From Candidatus Sungiibacteriota bacterium (lineage in GTDB: Bacteria; Patescibacteriota; Minisyncoccia; Sungbacterales; SURF-37): a stretch of DNA of 64,000 nucleotides. Positions 19,763 through 30,460 of the stretch are shown here, one piece after another. Both the position numbers and the translations under genes were made by a program. Under the pieces are notes generated by a model that had not been told where the DNA came from, did no database searches, and saw only the letters and a list, made by a program, of their open reading frames with translations. Location of the stretch: contig JACPMF010000002.1 of assembly GCA_016186145.1 (NCBI GenBank), forward strand, positions 82,473 to 146,472, in the 5' to 3' direction. Position 1 is the first letter of the stretch. Every line of letters starts with the position of its first letter.

Positions 19763-20566
19763 TCACGACATGTCTTCCGCGCTAAACCTGATAATGGCTC
19801 CGGATCGAATTACCGCCTGATGCACTCTCAAAAAAATAAAATAGCTCAAAAAAAGGTAGATCAGCGCGAGAAGCGCGCCGATGAAAAACTGGGAGTACGG
19901 AATCGTCCCCGAAAATATCACCTCCCGCATGCCTTCAAAAACGTAAGAAGCAGGAATAATCTTGGCGACCGGCTGCAAAAACAGCGGCAGCGTGGCAACC
20001 GGATAAAAGACTCCCGCGAAGGGACTGACGAGTGCCGCCATAGGCCAGACAATCCACTCGGCGGCCGGGCCAAACCGGAAAATAACCGCGGCGGCGGCTA
20101 TTCCGAACGAAAGCCCGAAGGTAAAAAGAATGAACAAAAAAAGCGCAAGCGCTGCTCCCAGCTTAAAAATAGTAAACCCGAATGCGACAAAGGCGATCAA
20201 AAGTATTCCCAAAAAACCGGTCATGCTCGTCACGGCACTCGTGAGCACAAGGCCCGCGATATACTCTGAAACCCTAAGAGGGGAAGCAAAATAATTAAGA
20301 AAATTGCGCGACCAAATGTCTTCCAAAATTGCCAGAATTACGCCGTGTTTGACGCGCACCAAAAAATCCCACAGGAGAATTGCGCCAAGAAGAAGCGGGA
20401 CAAAACTAAATCCTGACCTGCTTACCGTATCAAGATATCGGGTAATGAATCCCCAGAGAACGACATCAACCGCAACCCATATGAAAATGTTTGAAAAACG
20501 CGCCCAATTCGAGCGGATCAAAAGCATTTGCCGAAGAAAAACTGCGTAAATGCGGGAAACACTCAT
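19763..20566 (-). CDS. ABC-2 type transporter permease
   Basis: 6 TM; GVFYPVATLP..LQ..A..IP.SYVFEGMR. Confidence 0.9.
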   Translation of the reverse strand: MSVSRIYAVFLRQMLLIRSNWARFSNIFIWVAVDVVLWGFITRYLDTVSRSGFSFVPLLLGAILLWDFLVRVKHGVILAILEDIWSRNFLNYFASPLRVSEYIAGLVLTSAVTSMTGFLGILLIAFVAFGFTIFKLGAALALFLFILFTFGLSFGIAAAAVIFRFGPAAEWIVWPMAALVSPFAGVFYPVATLPLFLQPVAKIIPASYVFEGMREVIFSGTIPYSQFFIGALLALIYLFLSYFIFLRVHQAVIRSGAIIRFSAEDMS

Positions 20567-20572
20567 AAAAAA

Positions 20573-21334
20573 TTACTCCGAGAGCAGGGGCTCGCGGGCG
20601 ATAGAAATAAAAAGTTCCTCAAGATCTTTCTTCCCGTTTTCCTGTAAAAGAGTTTTCGGACTGCCTTCCAATAAAATTTTCCCGTGTGACAGAAAAAGAA
20701 CCCGGTCGCACATCGCTTCTACTTCGTGCATGTTATGAGAAGTCCATAGAACGCCTCCGGAGTCGCGGTCGGCATAACCGCGGATTTTGTTCCGAATCAC
20801 CCACGCGGCAGCCGGATCAAGTGATGCGGTCGGTTCATCAAGGAGAAGTAGGCGCGGAAAATTGATCATGGCCTTTGCGAGATGCACCCGCGTCCGTTCG
20901 CCGGATGAAAGAAGACCGATTTTGGTATCCGCAAACCGTTCCAGATCAAATTCTTTTATGAGTTCTCGTATCCGTTCTTGAATATTTTTTACCCGATAGA
21001 GCAGGCCAAAAATATGCAAATTCTGTCGCACCGTCATATTGCCGGGAAGCTCGGCGTAAACGGCTGCAAAATTCACCGCTTCCATTACTTCAACGCGATC
21101 GATTTTTGAATCCCTGTTTAAAATTCTGATAGATCCGGCGGTCGGCTCAAGAACATTCAAAATCATGCTGATTGTCGTTGTCTTTCCCGCGCCGTTTGGG
21201 CCGACAAGACCAACGATTTCGCCGCTTCTCACGACAAAAGAAATACCGCGAACTGCCTCGAGAGAGCCGTACGCTTTAGTAAGATAATTAACTTCGAGAA
21301 CCACATCGTTAACAACTCCGGATTCCTTATTCAT
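20573..21334 (-). CDS. ABC transporter ATP-binding protein
   Basis: GPNGAGKT, LSSGE, LLLDEPT, SH; start moved to ATG 21334. Confidence 0.92.
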   Translation of the reverse strand: MNKESGVVNDVVLEVNYLTKAYGSLEAVRGISFVVRSGEIVGLVGPNGAGKTTTISMILNVLEPTAGSIRILNRDSKIDRVEVMEAVNFAAVYAELPGNMTVRQNLHIFGLLYRVKNIQERIRELIKEFDLERFADTKIGLLSSGERTRVHLAKAMINFPRLLLLDEPTASLDPAAAWVIRNKIRGYADRDSGGVLWTSHNMHEVEAMCDRVLFLSHGKILLEGSPKTLLQENGKKDLEELFISIAREPLLSE

Positions 21335-21389
21335 GATTCCTGCCTGCCCCGTAGTGAAGGCAAAGCTTTCTACTACCGAGGATTCACCA

Positions 21390-21860
21390 TCACCTGATTT
21401 CCAGCATCTCCACCTCAAAAATAAGAGTCGCGTTCGGTCCGATAACGTTGCCAGCGCCGCGCTCCCCATATGCGAGCTCCGGAGGAATGGTAAGACGCCG
21501 TTTTTCACCGACCTTCATTCCCTGAAGGCCCTGATCCCATCCTGGAATCACCTCACCTGCGCCGAGACTGAAAGAAAACGGCTGGCCCCTATCACGGCTT
21601 GAGTCAAACTTCCTGCCGTCAACAAGCGTTCCCACATAATGAACAAATACGGTGTTCCCGCTTTTTGCGCCCTCGCCGCCCCCCTCTGCCAGAACTTCGA
21701 TTTTTAATTCAGGTTTACTCATACCATCATTTGCCGGACCAATCGCGCTAATACCGTTTTCGGCCTGCTTATTCCGGTAATCAAAAGTGAAATAGAGACC
21801 CCCGAAAAACAAAACAGCGAGAGTCAAAACAACCATGAATTTTTTAGACGTGAAATCCAT
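21390..21860 (-). CDS. FKBP-type peptidyl-prolyl isomerase, membrane-anchored
   Basis: VHYVGTL.DGRKFDSS, VIPGWDQG, IPPELAYG, LIFEVE. Confidence 0.95.
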   Translation of the reverse strand: MDFTSKKFMVVLTLAVLFFGGLYFTFDYRNKQAENGISAIGPANDGMSKPELKIEVLAEGGGEGAKSGNTVFVHYVGTLVDGRKFDSSRDRGQPFSFSLGAGEVIPGWDQGLQGMKVGEKRRLTIPPELAYGERGAGNVIGPNATLIFEVEMLEIR

Positions 21861-21981
21861 ACTGCAAACATTAACAAATTAGTAAACAATGCGCAAATTT
21901 TTATTTAATTGACTTATTAAAAATGCGACATATAATACGGTCAGCAGTTTAAAAATAGAAGACAAGAAACGGGAGGATAAT

Positions 21982-22626
21982 TTGCCAAAAAAGAACATCC
22001 GAAAGCTTTTGCTGGCGACGGCGCTTTTCCCGCTTTTTACCGCATCCTGCGCGGCCGCGCCAACAATATTGCCTGCTTCCCAGCAACTGACCGAAAAAGA
22101 AACTATCGCTGACAATCAAAAAAAACGCCAGTCATCGCCCCGCCTTATCCGCCATGTCCTTGTCGGATACGGAAAAAGCGTATATGAACTTCAAAGTGCC
22201 CGTATCAATGCCATTTTTGAAGAGGGTACCGTCGATGGATGGATAATAGAGGAAGACTACACCGGCTGCGCGCTTTACAGTTTTTCAATCTATGCTTTTA
22301 ACCCAACAAACGCAAAAACAAACCAGATTTTTATAAATGGCAATCTCTTCCAACGCTTTCGAACAGATCTCACTGGCGTCTTAAACGAAATGTTTTGGCC
22401 GCTTGGTTATACCAGCAGAGAAACCGCCGAGCTATTTGACGCAGCCGATTTGATTGTAGCCGAATACAATCGTTTGCTCCTGGAAAGGACCGACAAAGTC
22501 ATGCACCATACCGACAAACATGGTCCCTATAATTTGCTCCACCGAAAGAAAATTAGCGTTGAACCGCACTGCAAGCAATACGACGGCAAGCTCACTCCGA
22601 AAATTTTAAAAAAATTCTCACCTTAA
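21982..22626 (+). CDS. Hypothetical lipoprotein (ORFan cassette)
   Basis: TTG start with SD GGAGG; lipobox-like FTASC; TTGACT-16-TATAAT promoter (21909-21936); terminator at 22627-22650. Confidence 0.65.
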   Translation: MPKKNIRKLLLATALFPLFTASCAAAPTILPASQQLTEKETIADNQKKRQSSPRLIRHVLVGYGKSVYELQSARINAIFEEGTVDGWIIEEDYTGCALYSFSIYAFNPTNAKTNQIFINGNLFQRFRTDLTGVLNEMFWPLGYTSRETAELFDAADLIVAEYNRLLLERTDKVMHHTDKHGPYNLLHRKKISVEPHCKQYDGKLTPKILKKFSP

Positions 22627-22674
22627 AAGCAGCAAACGAAGCTGCTTTTTCTCTCATCATACTCCGCTGGCGGT

Positions 22675-23082
22675 TCACCCTCCCTTCTCCAGATCAAGGC
22701 ATACTGAATTTATGCAATACCGCTTGCCGCCTTTTTCTTTAGGACCGTCATCGAACACATGACCCAGGTGCGCGCCGCATTTTTTGCAAAGAACTTCGGT
22801 ACGCCGCATTCTTGCCCGCCCGAAGCCGTCAGGCGAAGGAGGGCCTCCGCTTGTGTCCTCACGAAGCTCTATATTTTCGAGATTGGCGGGCTGGGTAAAG
22901 CTTGGCCACCCTGTTCCTGAATCAAATTTTGTGTCAGACGAAAAAAGCTCTGCTCCGCAGACCGCGCATTTATACATTCCTTTTTCGTGGCTGTCCACAT
23001 ATTTACCGCTAAACGGCAACTCAGTCCCCTTTTGACGAGCCACCCGATAAAGTTCCAATGGAAGTTCTTCGTCTTTTTTCAT
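22675..23082 (-). CDS. msrB: Methionine-R-sulfoxide reductase
   Basis: [32 protein letters not shown]; 11-aa palindromic insertion. Confidence 0.95.
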   Translation of the reverse strand: MKKDEELPLELYRVARQKGTELPFSGKYVDSHEKGMYKCAVCGAELFSSDTKFDSGTGWPSFTQPANLENIELREDTSGGPPSPDGFGRARMRRTEVLCKKCGAHLGHVFDDGPKEKGGKRYCINSVCLDLEKGG

Positions 23083-23495
23083 TTTTGGATAAACTTTTTT
23101 ATCTTTTTAAAAACTCGGTCTTCCGCCGCCCACTGTTTCTTACGACTTACCCCAAGTTCTTTTCTGATAAGATCCTCTATTTTTACCGCGAACATATGCT
23201 CTTGTTTATAGGGAGCTTTCGGATGACGGCCTGGGCTTAAAATATTTTTAAAACGCCCTTTCGCTTTTTCTCGCTCAAACCATTCATCAAACTTTTTTAT
23301 TTTAGGCTCAATAATGCCCCGTTTCTGCGTAAGGTACAGCTCAATCAACTCATGAATAAGCACCAAAAAATTATAATCTGAATTTCCCATGTCAGCGGTA
23401 ACGATTTCCCACCCATACTTTGTTTTATAGTAGTCTCCGGCCGTTAAGTACCGCATCTTCTTCCATGGCTGAACTCTTAGTTTGTAGTTTGACAT
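23079..23495 (-). CDS. Hypothetical protein with HExxE motif, between msrA and msrB
   Basis: LIHELIE ... PY..EH..A; its stop overlaps the msrB start. Confidence 0.7.
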   Translation of the reverse strand: MSNYKLRVQPWKKMRYLTAGDYYKTKYGWEIVTADMGNSDYNFLVLIHELIELYLTQKRGIIEPKIKKFDEWFEREKAKGRFKNILSPGRHPKAPYKQEHMFAVKIEDLIRKELGVSRKKQWAAEDRVFKKIKKFIQK

Positions 23496-23502
23496 TGCTT
23501 TT

Positions 23503-24084
23503 TTATTTACCTTTTTCTTTTAACAACTCCGCAAACTCCCTTTGAACTTTTTCAAGTTTCGGGTTTATTACGAGCTGACAATATGACTTTTCTTTGTTTT
23601 TCGCGTAATAGTCGCGATGATATTCTTCGGCCTCGTAAAAATTTTCCAGCGGCTTAACTTCTGTAACAACCGGAGCGCCGCCAGAATGTAAAGCATCGAT
23701 TTCTTTGATAAAGCTCTCTGCTTCTATCTTTTGCGCCTCGTTTGTGTAAAGAATGATTGAACGATACTGCGCGCCAACGTCCGAACCTTGGCGATTCAAA
23801 GTTGTGGGATCATGCGTTGCAAAAAAAACGGTAAGAAGGTCGCGAAAAGAAATTTCTGCGGGGTTGAACTCAATTTTTATTACTTCGGCATATCCAGTGT
23901 CACCGATTGAGACCTCTTCGTAAGTTGGAGGTTTTATCCCGCCACTTGCGGTGAACGAAGTCGAACCGCCCGCATAACCGGGCGTAACCGATAAAACCCC
24001 TTTTAGCATTCCGAAAACCGCCTCCGTGCACCAAAAACACCCGCCGCCAAATACGATAGTCTCCATATCTTTTGAACTCTCCAA
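23503..24084 (-). CDS. msrA: Methionine-S-sulfoxide reductase
   Basis: GGGCFWCTEA, HDPTTLNRQG.DVG.QYRS, AEEYH. Confidence 0.95.
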   Translation of the reverse strand: MESSKDMETIVFGGGCFWCTEAVFGMLKGVLSVTPGYAGGSTSFTASGGIKPPTYEEVSIGDTGYAEVIKIEFNPAEISFRDLLTVFFATHDPTTLNRQGSDVGAQYRSIILYTNEAQKIEAESFIKEIDALHSGGAPVVTEVKPLENFYEAEEYHRDYYAKNKEKSYCQLVINPKLEKVQREFAELLKEKGK

Positions 24085-24093
24085 TATTTCAAG

Positions 24094-24363
24094 TTAATAA
24101 GTTTTTGATGTCCTCCGTTCAAGATGAAAAACCAAAACTACACGCTCAGCAATCTTGACCCTATAAAATATGCGATAAGAACCAATACGGCGCCGCCAAG
24201 CGCCGTTTTCTCCTTTCATTTTTTGGATGTCGCCGAAATAAGGATTCTCTGGTAAAAGGCGAATGGCAACAAGAAGGTTCTCGATGTCAGACCGGGGAAT
24301 CTTTTTGAACGCCCGAAAAACACTGGAATCAATTTGCAAGTCCCAGCCTTTTGACGAGTTCAT
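24094..24363 (-). CDS. RelE/ParE-family toxin
   Basis: WRRRIGSYRIFY ... RRTSKTY. Confidence 0.85.
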   Translation of the reverse strand: MNSSKGWDLQIDSSVFRAFKKIPRSDIENLLVAIRLLPENPYFGDIQKMKGENGAWRRRIGSYRIFYRVKIAERVVLVFHLERRTSKTY

Positions 24364-24547
24364 TATAAGAGAGAGTTTTTTTCCTTTTAAAATTTCGTTC
24401 GGCTTGAACGAGTGCGCGCCTTTGTGCCGCTGTGGGTATAAATTCTTTTATCCGCCTCAATTCTAAAAGCGCCTCGTATTCTTTTCGAGGAACAATCACC
24501 AGATCGTCCTTTTGGGCTAATTCTTTAGGAATAGTAAATGTATCCAT
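24329..24547 (-). CDS. Putative antitoxin
   Basis: MDTFTIPKELAQKDDLVIVPRKEYEALL; upstream of and overlapping the RelE-like toxin. Confidence 0.7.
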   Translation of the reverse strand: MDTFTIPKELAQKDDLVIVPRKEYEALLELRRIKEFIPTAAQRRALVQAERNFKRKKTLSYNELVKRLGLAN

Positions 24548-24637
24548 AACGCTGTTATGATAACAAAAATACTTAACCGGTGCAACCGACAAAAGCGAAA
24601 ACCGCCATAAGGCGGTTTTCAAAAAAAACAAATCCGA

Positions 24638-24841
24638 TTAGCAGCATTTACACCACCCTTTGCCGAAATGCATAAGCCCTGCAAGAATGACCAACACCGG
24701 CCAACCGACATTCACCACTCCCATTCCCCACCAGCCGAGATTACCGCCGAGAAACAAAAGCCCAAAAAGCACAATAAACACTCCGGGCATTTTGTGATGC
24801 GGACACTTACATACCATTCCTCCCGCATGTTCTTCCATCAT
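24638..24841 (-). CDS. Small two-TM protein with CKCPHH and CKCC termini
   Basis: Cys/His clusters flank two TM helices. Confidence 0.7.
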   Translation of the reverse strand: MMEEHAGGMVCKCPHHKMPGVFIVLFGLLFLGGNLGWWGMGVVNVGWPVLVILAGLMHFGKGWCKCC

Positions 24842-24885
24842 ATTTGAAAAAGCGTTAAAACCCTGTCTCCCGACCTTTGCATCTA

Positions 24886-25671
24886 TTATACCACACCGGA
24901 CACCTCGTATTCTAAGTAGAGCGGCGAGTGATCAGAAACGATATCCGGCAATACTTCAAAGCGACGCACAATAACATCCGGAGTAACAAGAATATAGTCC
25001 GCAAAATTCGGCTCGTCCGGGTTATCATAGTGGCGATAAAGGACGGTTCTTGTTGATTGCACGGCATGTTCCTTGATCAAATTGCGCATCCCGGCCTCAA
25101 TAATTTTCATTGATTGCGTTTCCGGAAGCAAATTGAAATCGCCGCACAAAATTTTCGTGCCTGCAGTTTTTTCGAAAAAATTTCTTATGGTAACCGACTG
25201 AGCAATACGATCTTCCGTATCCGTCTTCGGGCCGGCATTCCATAAACCATGGAAATTCATTATCGTACACCCCCTTTCCTGATCTAAAATTTTTGCATAC
25301 TGTAATTTCCGCGCAGAAAACACGCGACTCCCCCGCTCGTTAACTTGTTTTGGCTCATATACCAAAAAATCGCCAACTTCTTTTATTTTTATCGGCGCCG
25401 TCCGTTTTATAAAAAACGCCAAACTTGAACGGTAAGGATTATCGTCAAAATGAGCAAAAAAACCTTCGAAGTCTTTTAGAACCGCGCCGATTTTCAAAAA
25501 GATGTCCCCGCGCACATGCTCTTCAGGGTGCCTTTCATCAAGCCCTTTTTGATCAGCGTGGTGGACCTCTTGAAGACAAAATATATCTAAATCGGGCCCT
25601 TTCTTTTTAAAAAATTCCAAAAGCGGATAGAGAGACCGGCCGCCCCATATATTAAGAGAAATAAGTTTCAT
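24886..25671 (-). CDS. Endonuclease/exonuclease/phosphatase family protein
   Basis: SLNIW, LQEV, CGDFN, DYIL, SDH.PL. Confidence 0.9.
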   Translation of the reverse strand: MKLISLNIWGGRSLYPLLEFFKKKGPDLDIFCLQEVHHADQKGLDERHPEEHVRGDIFLKIGAVLKDFEGFFAHFDDNPYRSSLAFFIKRTAPIKIKEVGDFLVYEPKQVNERGSRVFSARKLQYAKILDQERGCTIMNFHGLWNAGPKTDTEDRIAQSVTIRNFFEKTAGTKILCGDFNLLPETQSMKIIEAGMRNLIKEHAVQSTRTVLYRHYDNPDEPNFADYILVTPDVIVRRFEVLPDIVSDHSPLYLEYEVSGVV

Positions 25672-25729
25672 CTTTTTAAAATAATCATACTACGCTTTTC
25701 TGTACCGACAAAGCTACCCGGCAACGGCC

Positions 25730-27541
25730 CTACCCTTTCCTCCTGGCGCCTGAACGCTCAACAGCCGTGAGATACCGTTTTCGAAGCCGGATGTTTTTGG
25801 GAGTAATTTCAAGAAGTTCATCCTCGTTCATGCTCTCAAGTCCGCGCTCTATGGTAAGTTCGTACGGGGGCGTTAAATTAATCGCCTCGTCTGACGCCGC
25901 AGCGCGGACATTCGTCAATTGTTTGCCTTTGGTAGGATTTACGCTCATCTCTTCACCCTTGGAAGTATTCCCAATAACCATTCCTTCATATACTTCGGTC
26001 TGCGGCCCTATATAAAGAGTTCCGCGTTCCTGAAGACCCCACAAAGAATACCCGGTTGCTTTTCCGCCAGCCATAGAAATCATTGAGCCCACGATGCGTT
26101 TCCGTATCTCGCCGGTATAAGGTCTAAATCCCACAACGCGGGAGGAAAAAATGCCTTCTCCTTTCGTATCTATCACGAACTGGTTGCGGTACCCGAGAAT
26201 GCCCCGAGTAGGCCCTTCAAAAATCATCCGCACGTTAGGATTCCGGTGCGCAATATTCTGCAAAACAAATCCGCGGGGTCCCAATCGCTCAATGATCGCG
26301 CCTTGATGTTTCTCCGGCGCATCGATAATTACTTCCTCAAAAGGTTCCTGTTTCAAACCGTTTTCCTCCCGAATAATAACCTGCGGCTGGGATACCTGAA
26401 GTTCGTACCCGGCCCTCCGCATATTTTCAAGCAGTATCGCGATATGGAGTTCTCCCCTTCCGGAAACGCGAAATGCCTCTCCGGAACCGAATTCAATGCG
26501 GAGCCCTACATTAACTTCAAGCTCGCGACGAAGATATTCTTCGATTTGGCGCGATGTAACGTATTTTCCATCCAGCCCCGCAAAAGGAGAATTGTTAACT
26601 AAAAAATCAAGCGAAATAGTCGGCTCATCAACCGCGATGGCGGGCAACGCTTTTGCCTCTTCGTCCGTGGTTACCGTCTCGCCGATGTCGATATTGGGAA
26701 GCCCTGCCACAAGCACGATATCTCCCGCGCCTGCTTCTTCTGTTTCCACCCGCTCAAGACCCTTAAACGTAAAAATTTTGGTGATTTTCCCGGAACGGGT
26801 TTCGCCATTAGGTTTTTTCACAAAAACATTACTGCCGGTCTTTAAAACTCCCGCATATATTCTTCCGACAGCCAAACGGCCCATAAAGTTATCGTAACCT
26901 AAATTAAAAGGTTGAAGCATAAGCGGTTTTGTAACCAGCTCCGGAGAAGACGCGGAAGAAAGATGAGAAATGATGACGTCAAAAAGAGGCGCTAAGTCGG
27001 TGGATTCATCAGTAAGATTTGTTTTCGCGATGCCAGCGCGCCCGTTCGCATACACCACCGGAAAATTCACCTGTTCCTCGGAAGCGCCGAGCTCCAGGAA
27101 AAGTTCCAATACCTGTTCCTCCGTGCGATGAGGGTCTGCCGCTTGCTTATCTATTTTGTTGACGACAACTATCGGCTTCAAACCCAACTCCAATGCTTTT
27201 TTAAGCACAAAACGCGTTTGGGGCATCGGCCCCTCTTGCGCATCCACCACAAGAAGCACGGAATCAATCGAACGAAGCACCCGCTCGACTTCCGAACCGA
27301 AATCAGCGTGCCCCGGAGTATCAACGATATTAATTTTTGTAGGAACTCGCCCCGAGTTTATCGAGGGGTAAAAAACCGCGGCATTCTTTGAATAAATAGT
27401 AATGCCGCGCTCAAGTTCGAGCGCGTTAGAATCCATGGAAATCCCCTCTTTGGCAACGCCGGTCTGGCGCAACATGGCATCGGTCAAAGTGGTTTTTCCG
27501 TGGTCTACGTGAGCGATGATCGCAATGTTCCTGATTTCCAT
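25730..27541 (-). CDS. typA: Translational GTPase TypA/BipA
   Basis: [51 protein letters not shown]. Confidence 0.96.
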   Translation of the reverse strand: MEIRNIAIIAHVDHGKTTLTDAMLRQTGVAKEGISMDSNALELERGITIYSKNAAVFYPSINSGRVPTKINIVDTPGHADFGSEVERVLRSIDSVLLVVDAQEGPMPQTRFVLKKALELGLKPIVVVNKIDKQAADPHRTEEQVLELFLELGASEEQVNFPVVYANGRAGIAKTNLTDESTDLAPLFDVIISHLSSASSPELVTKPLMLQPFNLGYDNFMGRLAVGRIYAGVLKTGSNVFVKKPNGETRSGKITKIFTFKGLERVETEEAGAGDIVLVAGLPNIDIGETVTTDEEAKALPAIAVDEPTISLDFLVNNSPFAGLDGKYVTSRQIEEYLRRELEVNVGLRIEFGSGEAFRVSGRGELHIAILLENMRRAGYELQVSQPQVIIREENGLKQEPFEEVIIDAPEKHQGAIIERLGPRGFVLQNIAHRNPNVRMIFEGPTRGILGYRNQFVIDTKGEGIFSSRVVGFRPYTGEIRKRIVGSMISMAGGKATGYSLWGLQERGTLYIGPQTEVYEGMVIGNTSKGEEMSVNPTKGKQLTNVRAAASDEAINLTPPYELTIERGLESMNEDELLEITPKNIRLRKRYLTAVERSGARRKG

Positions 27542-27698
27542 ATTTAGATAGCGAGTTTTGTCTTTAGTGCCCTAGACAGTGACATAAAAAATAGGCCCTC
27601 CCCGCGGCCCGAAACCTTTATCTAAAGATAAACCTAAAAATTGTTTTTGTCAATTTTGGCAGCAAGTCATGGTACCTCACCCCGATTTCTACGAAGAA

Positions 27699-28355
27699 CT
27701 AGTTAAATATCAAATATTGTCCCTCGCTTACAACCTCGACGTTTCCATCCACAACCTTAAGCGCTGACTGATCATCTAAAGCATAGATCTTCGCGGTCAT
27801 GCCCTTTATAGCTTCTTGAACATTTTTTTCTCGAACTTTTGGAAAATATTCCGAGTTGAGGTGCGGGAGAAAATAGAAATCAACATAATTGAGGCCGGGC
27901 ATATCCTCGGTCTTATCAAAATCTTCCTCATAAATTATTTGAGAAAGCTTTAAAGCCAGGTCCTTATTAGTCACCATACTGCCCGCACTTGAACCAACAT
28001 AAACTTTTGTTTTTAAAAACTCCGGAAGTATTTCCCTTAATCCCGACTTATTTACCCACTCCATGAGGTGGAAGGCGTTCCCTCCCTCAAAAAATAAAAC
28101 ATCCGCTGCCTCAATTTTCGGTCTCCAAATTTTTTCCGAAACAGCTGAAATATCAGCAATATCTATTGATTTAAAATCCTGCTTTTTTAAGTTACTCAAA
28201 TCGTCAATTAACCAACCCTTATCGCCAACCTCAACATTAGAGGCGGTTGGTATAAAAACCAGAAACGTATCTTCGGGCTTTTTGCCGACCAAATCAAACA
28301 AAGCGCCTGTTATCGATTTATTGGTCAACCCGCCTGAAGTTAAAAGTAATTTCAT
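27699..28355 (-). CDS. Peptidase S51 (peptidase E-like, class I glutamine amidotransferase fold)
   Basis: MKLLLTSGG, FIPTA, GGN, GSSAGS, PH. Confidence 0.88.
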   Translation of the reverse strand: MKLLLTSGGLTNKSITGALFDLVGKKPEDTFLVFIPTASNVEVGDKGWLIDDLSNLKKQDFKSIDIADISAVSEKIWRPKIEAADVLFFEGGNAFHLMEWVNKSGLREILPEFLKTKVYVGSSAGSMVTNKDLALKLSQIIYEEDFDKTEDMPGLNYVDFYFLPHLNSEYFPKVREKNVQEAIKGMTAKIYALDDQSALKVVDGNVEVVSEGQYLIFN

Positions 28356-28455
28356 AATATTAATTTTTAACAATCCGGCTAAATCCTTATAATTCAGCCG
28401 CCCAAAGCATATACATACCAATTGGCACTGAACAAATTGAGGCTTTGCAAAAAAA

Positions 28456-28905
28456 CTAGTCTCCGTCTTCGTTGCGAAACTGTAAATATTCCTGAACGCC
28501 CTTTAACCAGCCGCCTTTGAAATACTCTTCGGGTTTGAAACCGGACAGGCTAACCCAAAGCAATTCGGGATGTCTTTTTGAAGTTTTAACTTCACCGCTT
28601 TCTAATTTACCCTCGTAGCCAACAGCAAATATTCTAACCACGGGATTCCCCGGCGCTTGTTCAACCCTTTCATGCCTCATAAAAACAATCGGCTCACCGA
28701 TAGTATACTTGATGTCATCGCCTAATTCTTCTGACATTTTTCGTTTGATGATCTGATCCAGCGGCACTTCAAACTCGTCTTTTTTAATCCGCCCGCCCGG
28801 CAAATCCCAATCGCCAAAGTTGTCCTTCAATATCAAAAGCTTTCCGTCTTTTTCCAGAAAAACCTTTACCGCCACGAAATATGTACCTTTTTGCCCTTCA
28901 TTCAT
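28456..28905 (-). CDS. NUDIX-family hydrolase
   Basis: WDLPGGRI..DE.......KRKMSEELG (variant Nudix box). Confidence 0.8.
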   Translation of the reverse strand: MNEGQKGTYFVAVKVFLEKDGKLLILKDNFGDWDLPGGRIKKDEFEVPLDQIIKRKMSEELGDDIKYTIGEPIVFMRHERVEQAPGNPVVRIFAVGYEGKLESGEVKTSKRHPELLWVSLSGFKPEEYFKGGWLKGVQEYLQFRNEDGD

Positions 28906-29725
28906 AGGCGCTTGATTTTCCAATTAAATTTTCAACATTGTTTACAGTTCTGGAAATGTCTTCTTTTAAAACCCCGTGCTCATATAAATCTTTTACTAAA
29001 GCCACACAGATTTCAATAGCCTGAATAATTAATATATCGCCGTTATACATCTCTCTGGTAAAGAATCTTCCGTCTCCACTTTTATCAACGAAAGAATCTA
29101 AGCCTCCTATGTCTAAATGTACAGCTGGCGATAACTGCCTGTAGATAACATGATACATCCGTTGAAAATGACCGACTTGGATAGAAAAAATTTTAGCGTC
29201 ATCACAGTCTTTTGCTTTATCGATTAAGCGAATTCTCTTTTTACCATCAACCGGTTTATTACTTAATGAAAGTTTTGCCAGATCTGAATCAATCTTGTTA
29301 AAGGCTTTCTTCAAATACTTTTGATTAAAAAGGCTCTTTTCATCAACAGACACTAGGGACGGATGTTCTTCAATGAGCTTACTGACCCCTTCAAAACTCC
29401 TCCTAAACTCAGCGAGTTGGGTGCTGACAGATGTTGCTAGTTTTTTCTCTGAGTCACCGACTTGGTGATAAATAATATTTATGTGAGCCTCAAAAAGACT
29501 CCTGAGCAAAACGCTTGCCGCATTATACTTCCCACTATTGCAGAGAATGATTATTGCCTCGGTATAATTGAATACCGGTATGTAAGTAAAGTATAAATAA
29601 TTTTGTAGGTAGCCCCATGTATTTTGACGATCTTCCAACAACAAATCGAGTTGCTTTTTAAGAGCATAAAATTCTTTAACCACTTCTTCATTTTTTGATT
29701 TCAGCATTTCTGGGATGTTAAACAA
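28898..29725 (-). CDS. Helical protein, DUF5677-like (possible HEPN-related nuclease), AT-rich
   Basis: A.VLLRSLFEA and Y..IYRQLSPAVH motifs. Confidence 0.55.
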   Translation of the reverse strand: MFNIPEMLKSKNEEVVKEFYALKKQLDLLLEDRQNTWGYLQNYLYFTYIPVFNYTEAIIILCNSGKYNAASVLLRSLFEAHINIIYHQVGDSEKKLATSVSTQLAEFRRSFEGVSKLIEEHPSLVSVDEKSLFNQKYLKKAFNKIDSDLAKLSLSNKPVDGKKRIRLIDKAKDCDDAKIFSIQVGHFQRMYHVIYRQLSPAVHLDIGGLDSFVDKSGDGRFFTREMYNGDILIIQAIEICVALVKDLYEHGVLKEDISRTVNNVENLIGKSSAYE

Positions 29726-29761
29726 AGTTAGAGCCCCGCTATTGCAAAGAAAATTAAATTT

Positions 29762-30445
29762 TTAAAGAGGAAATTTCCTTAAATATTCGCGTACAAAAAA
29801 TTTTCCCTTTCCAGTTAACTCTAATCTTCCACTGGATTGAGTCGTGAGACCACTGGCGTGAACAAAGGCAATAGCATCTTTTGGCGTCTCCGGTTTAGGC
29901 CAGCCGTCGTTTTCATAAATATCTCTTATAATATCTCTGAATTTATAAAAAAGATGGGTTCTTGCAAAATCCTGATATTCTATAAGCCATCGATCTTCAT
30001 CTGTCATATTCTTTTGAATTGTCCTTTCGCTCGCCGCTTGTTCTGTTTTTATTACGGCAAGGTGTTTAAGTTGTTGGCTTTCCTTTTTTTCGTACTCAAG
30101 ACGTATCTCATCAAAAACTGATTTACGAGAAAAATAATGCTTCGTACTCACCCGATGTGCCCAATTATGCAATGGCGGCAACCACTCAATAATTAGATAT
30201 GTTAGTACAGCAGGCGGGAAAAAAATCCACGCCGCGTTAACAAAACCCCACCATCCCGTCCCCCATAGTAAATTTTGCTGGATATATTCAATCTTAGGAA
30301 TCCGGACTTGGTCTGTGCTTTCCCAAAACAGCACAAAAACGATTTTCCAATTCCACAAAATAAAAGAGGTTAAAAAAACTCCGTACAACGGACTCGCCGT
30401 TCTTTCTCTAAACCACGCCGATATTGAATCAAAAAGTCCACTCAT
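29762..30445 (-). CDS. Two-TM plus coiled-coil plus wHTH-like hypothetical protein
   Basis: ER.ASPLYG.F..SFILWNWK; C-terminal LELTGKGKFF. Start at ATG 30445 because the longer ORF overlaps the tRNA. Confidence 0.65.
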   Translation of the reverse strand: MSGLFDSISAWFRERTASPLYGVFLTSFILWNWKIVFVLFWESTDQVRIPKIEYIQQNLLWGTGWWGFVNAAWIFFPPAVLTYLIIEWLPPLHNWAHRVSTKHYFSRKSVFDEIRLEYEKKESQQLKHLAVIKTEQAASERTIQKNMTDEDRWLIEYQDFARTHLFYKFRDIIRDIYENDGWPKPETPKDAIAFVHASGLTTQSSGRLELTGKGKFFVREYLRKFPL

Positions 30446-30460
30446 AGAATATTGCCCAAA

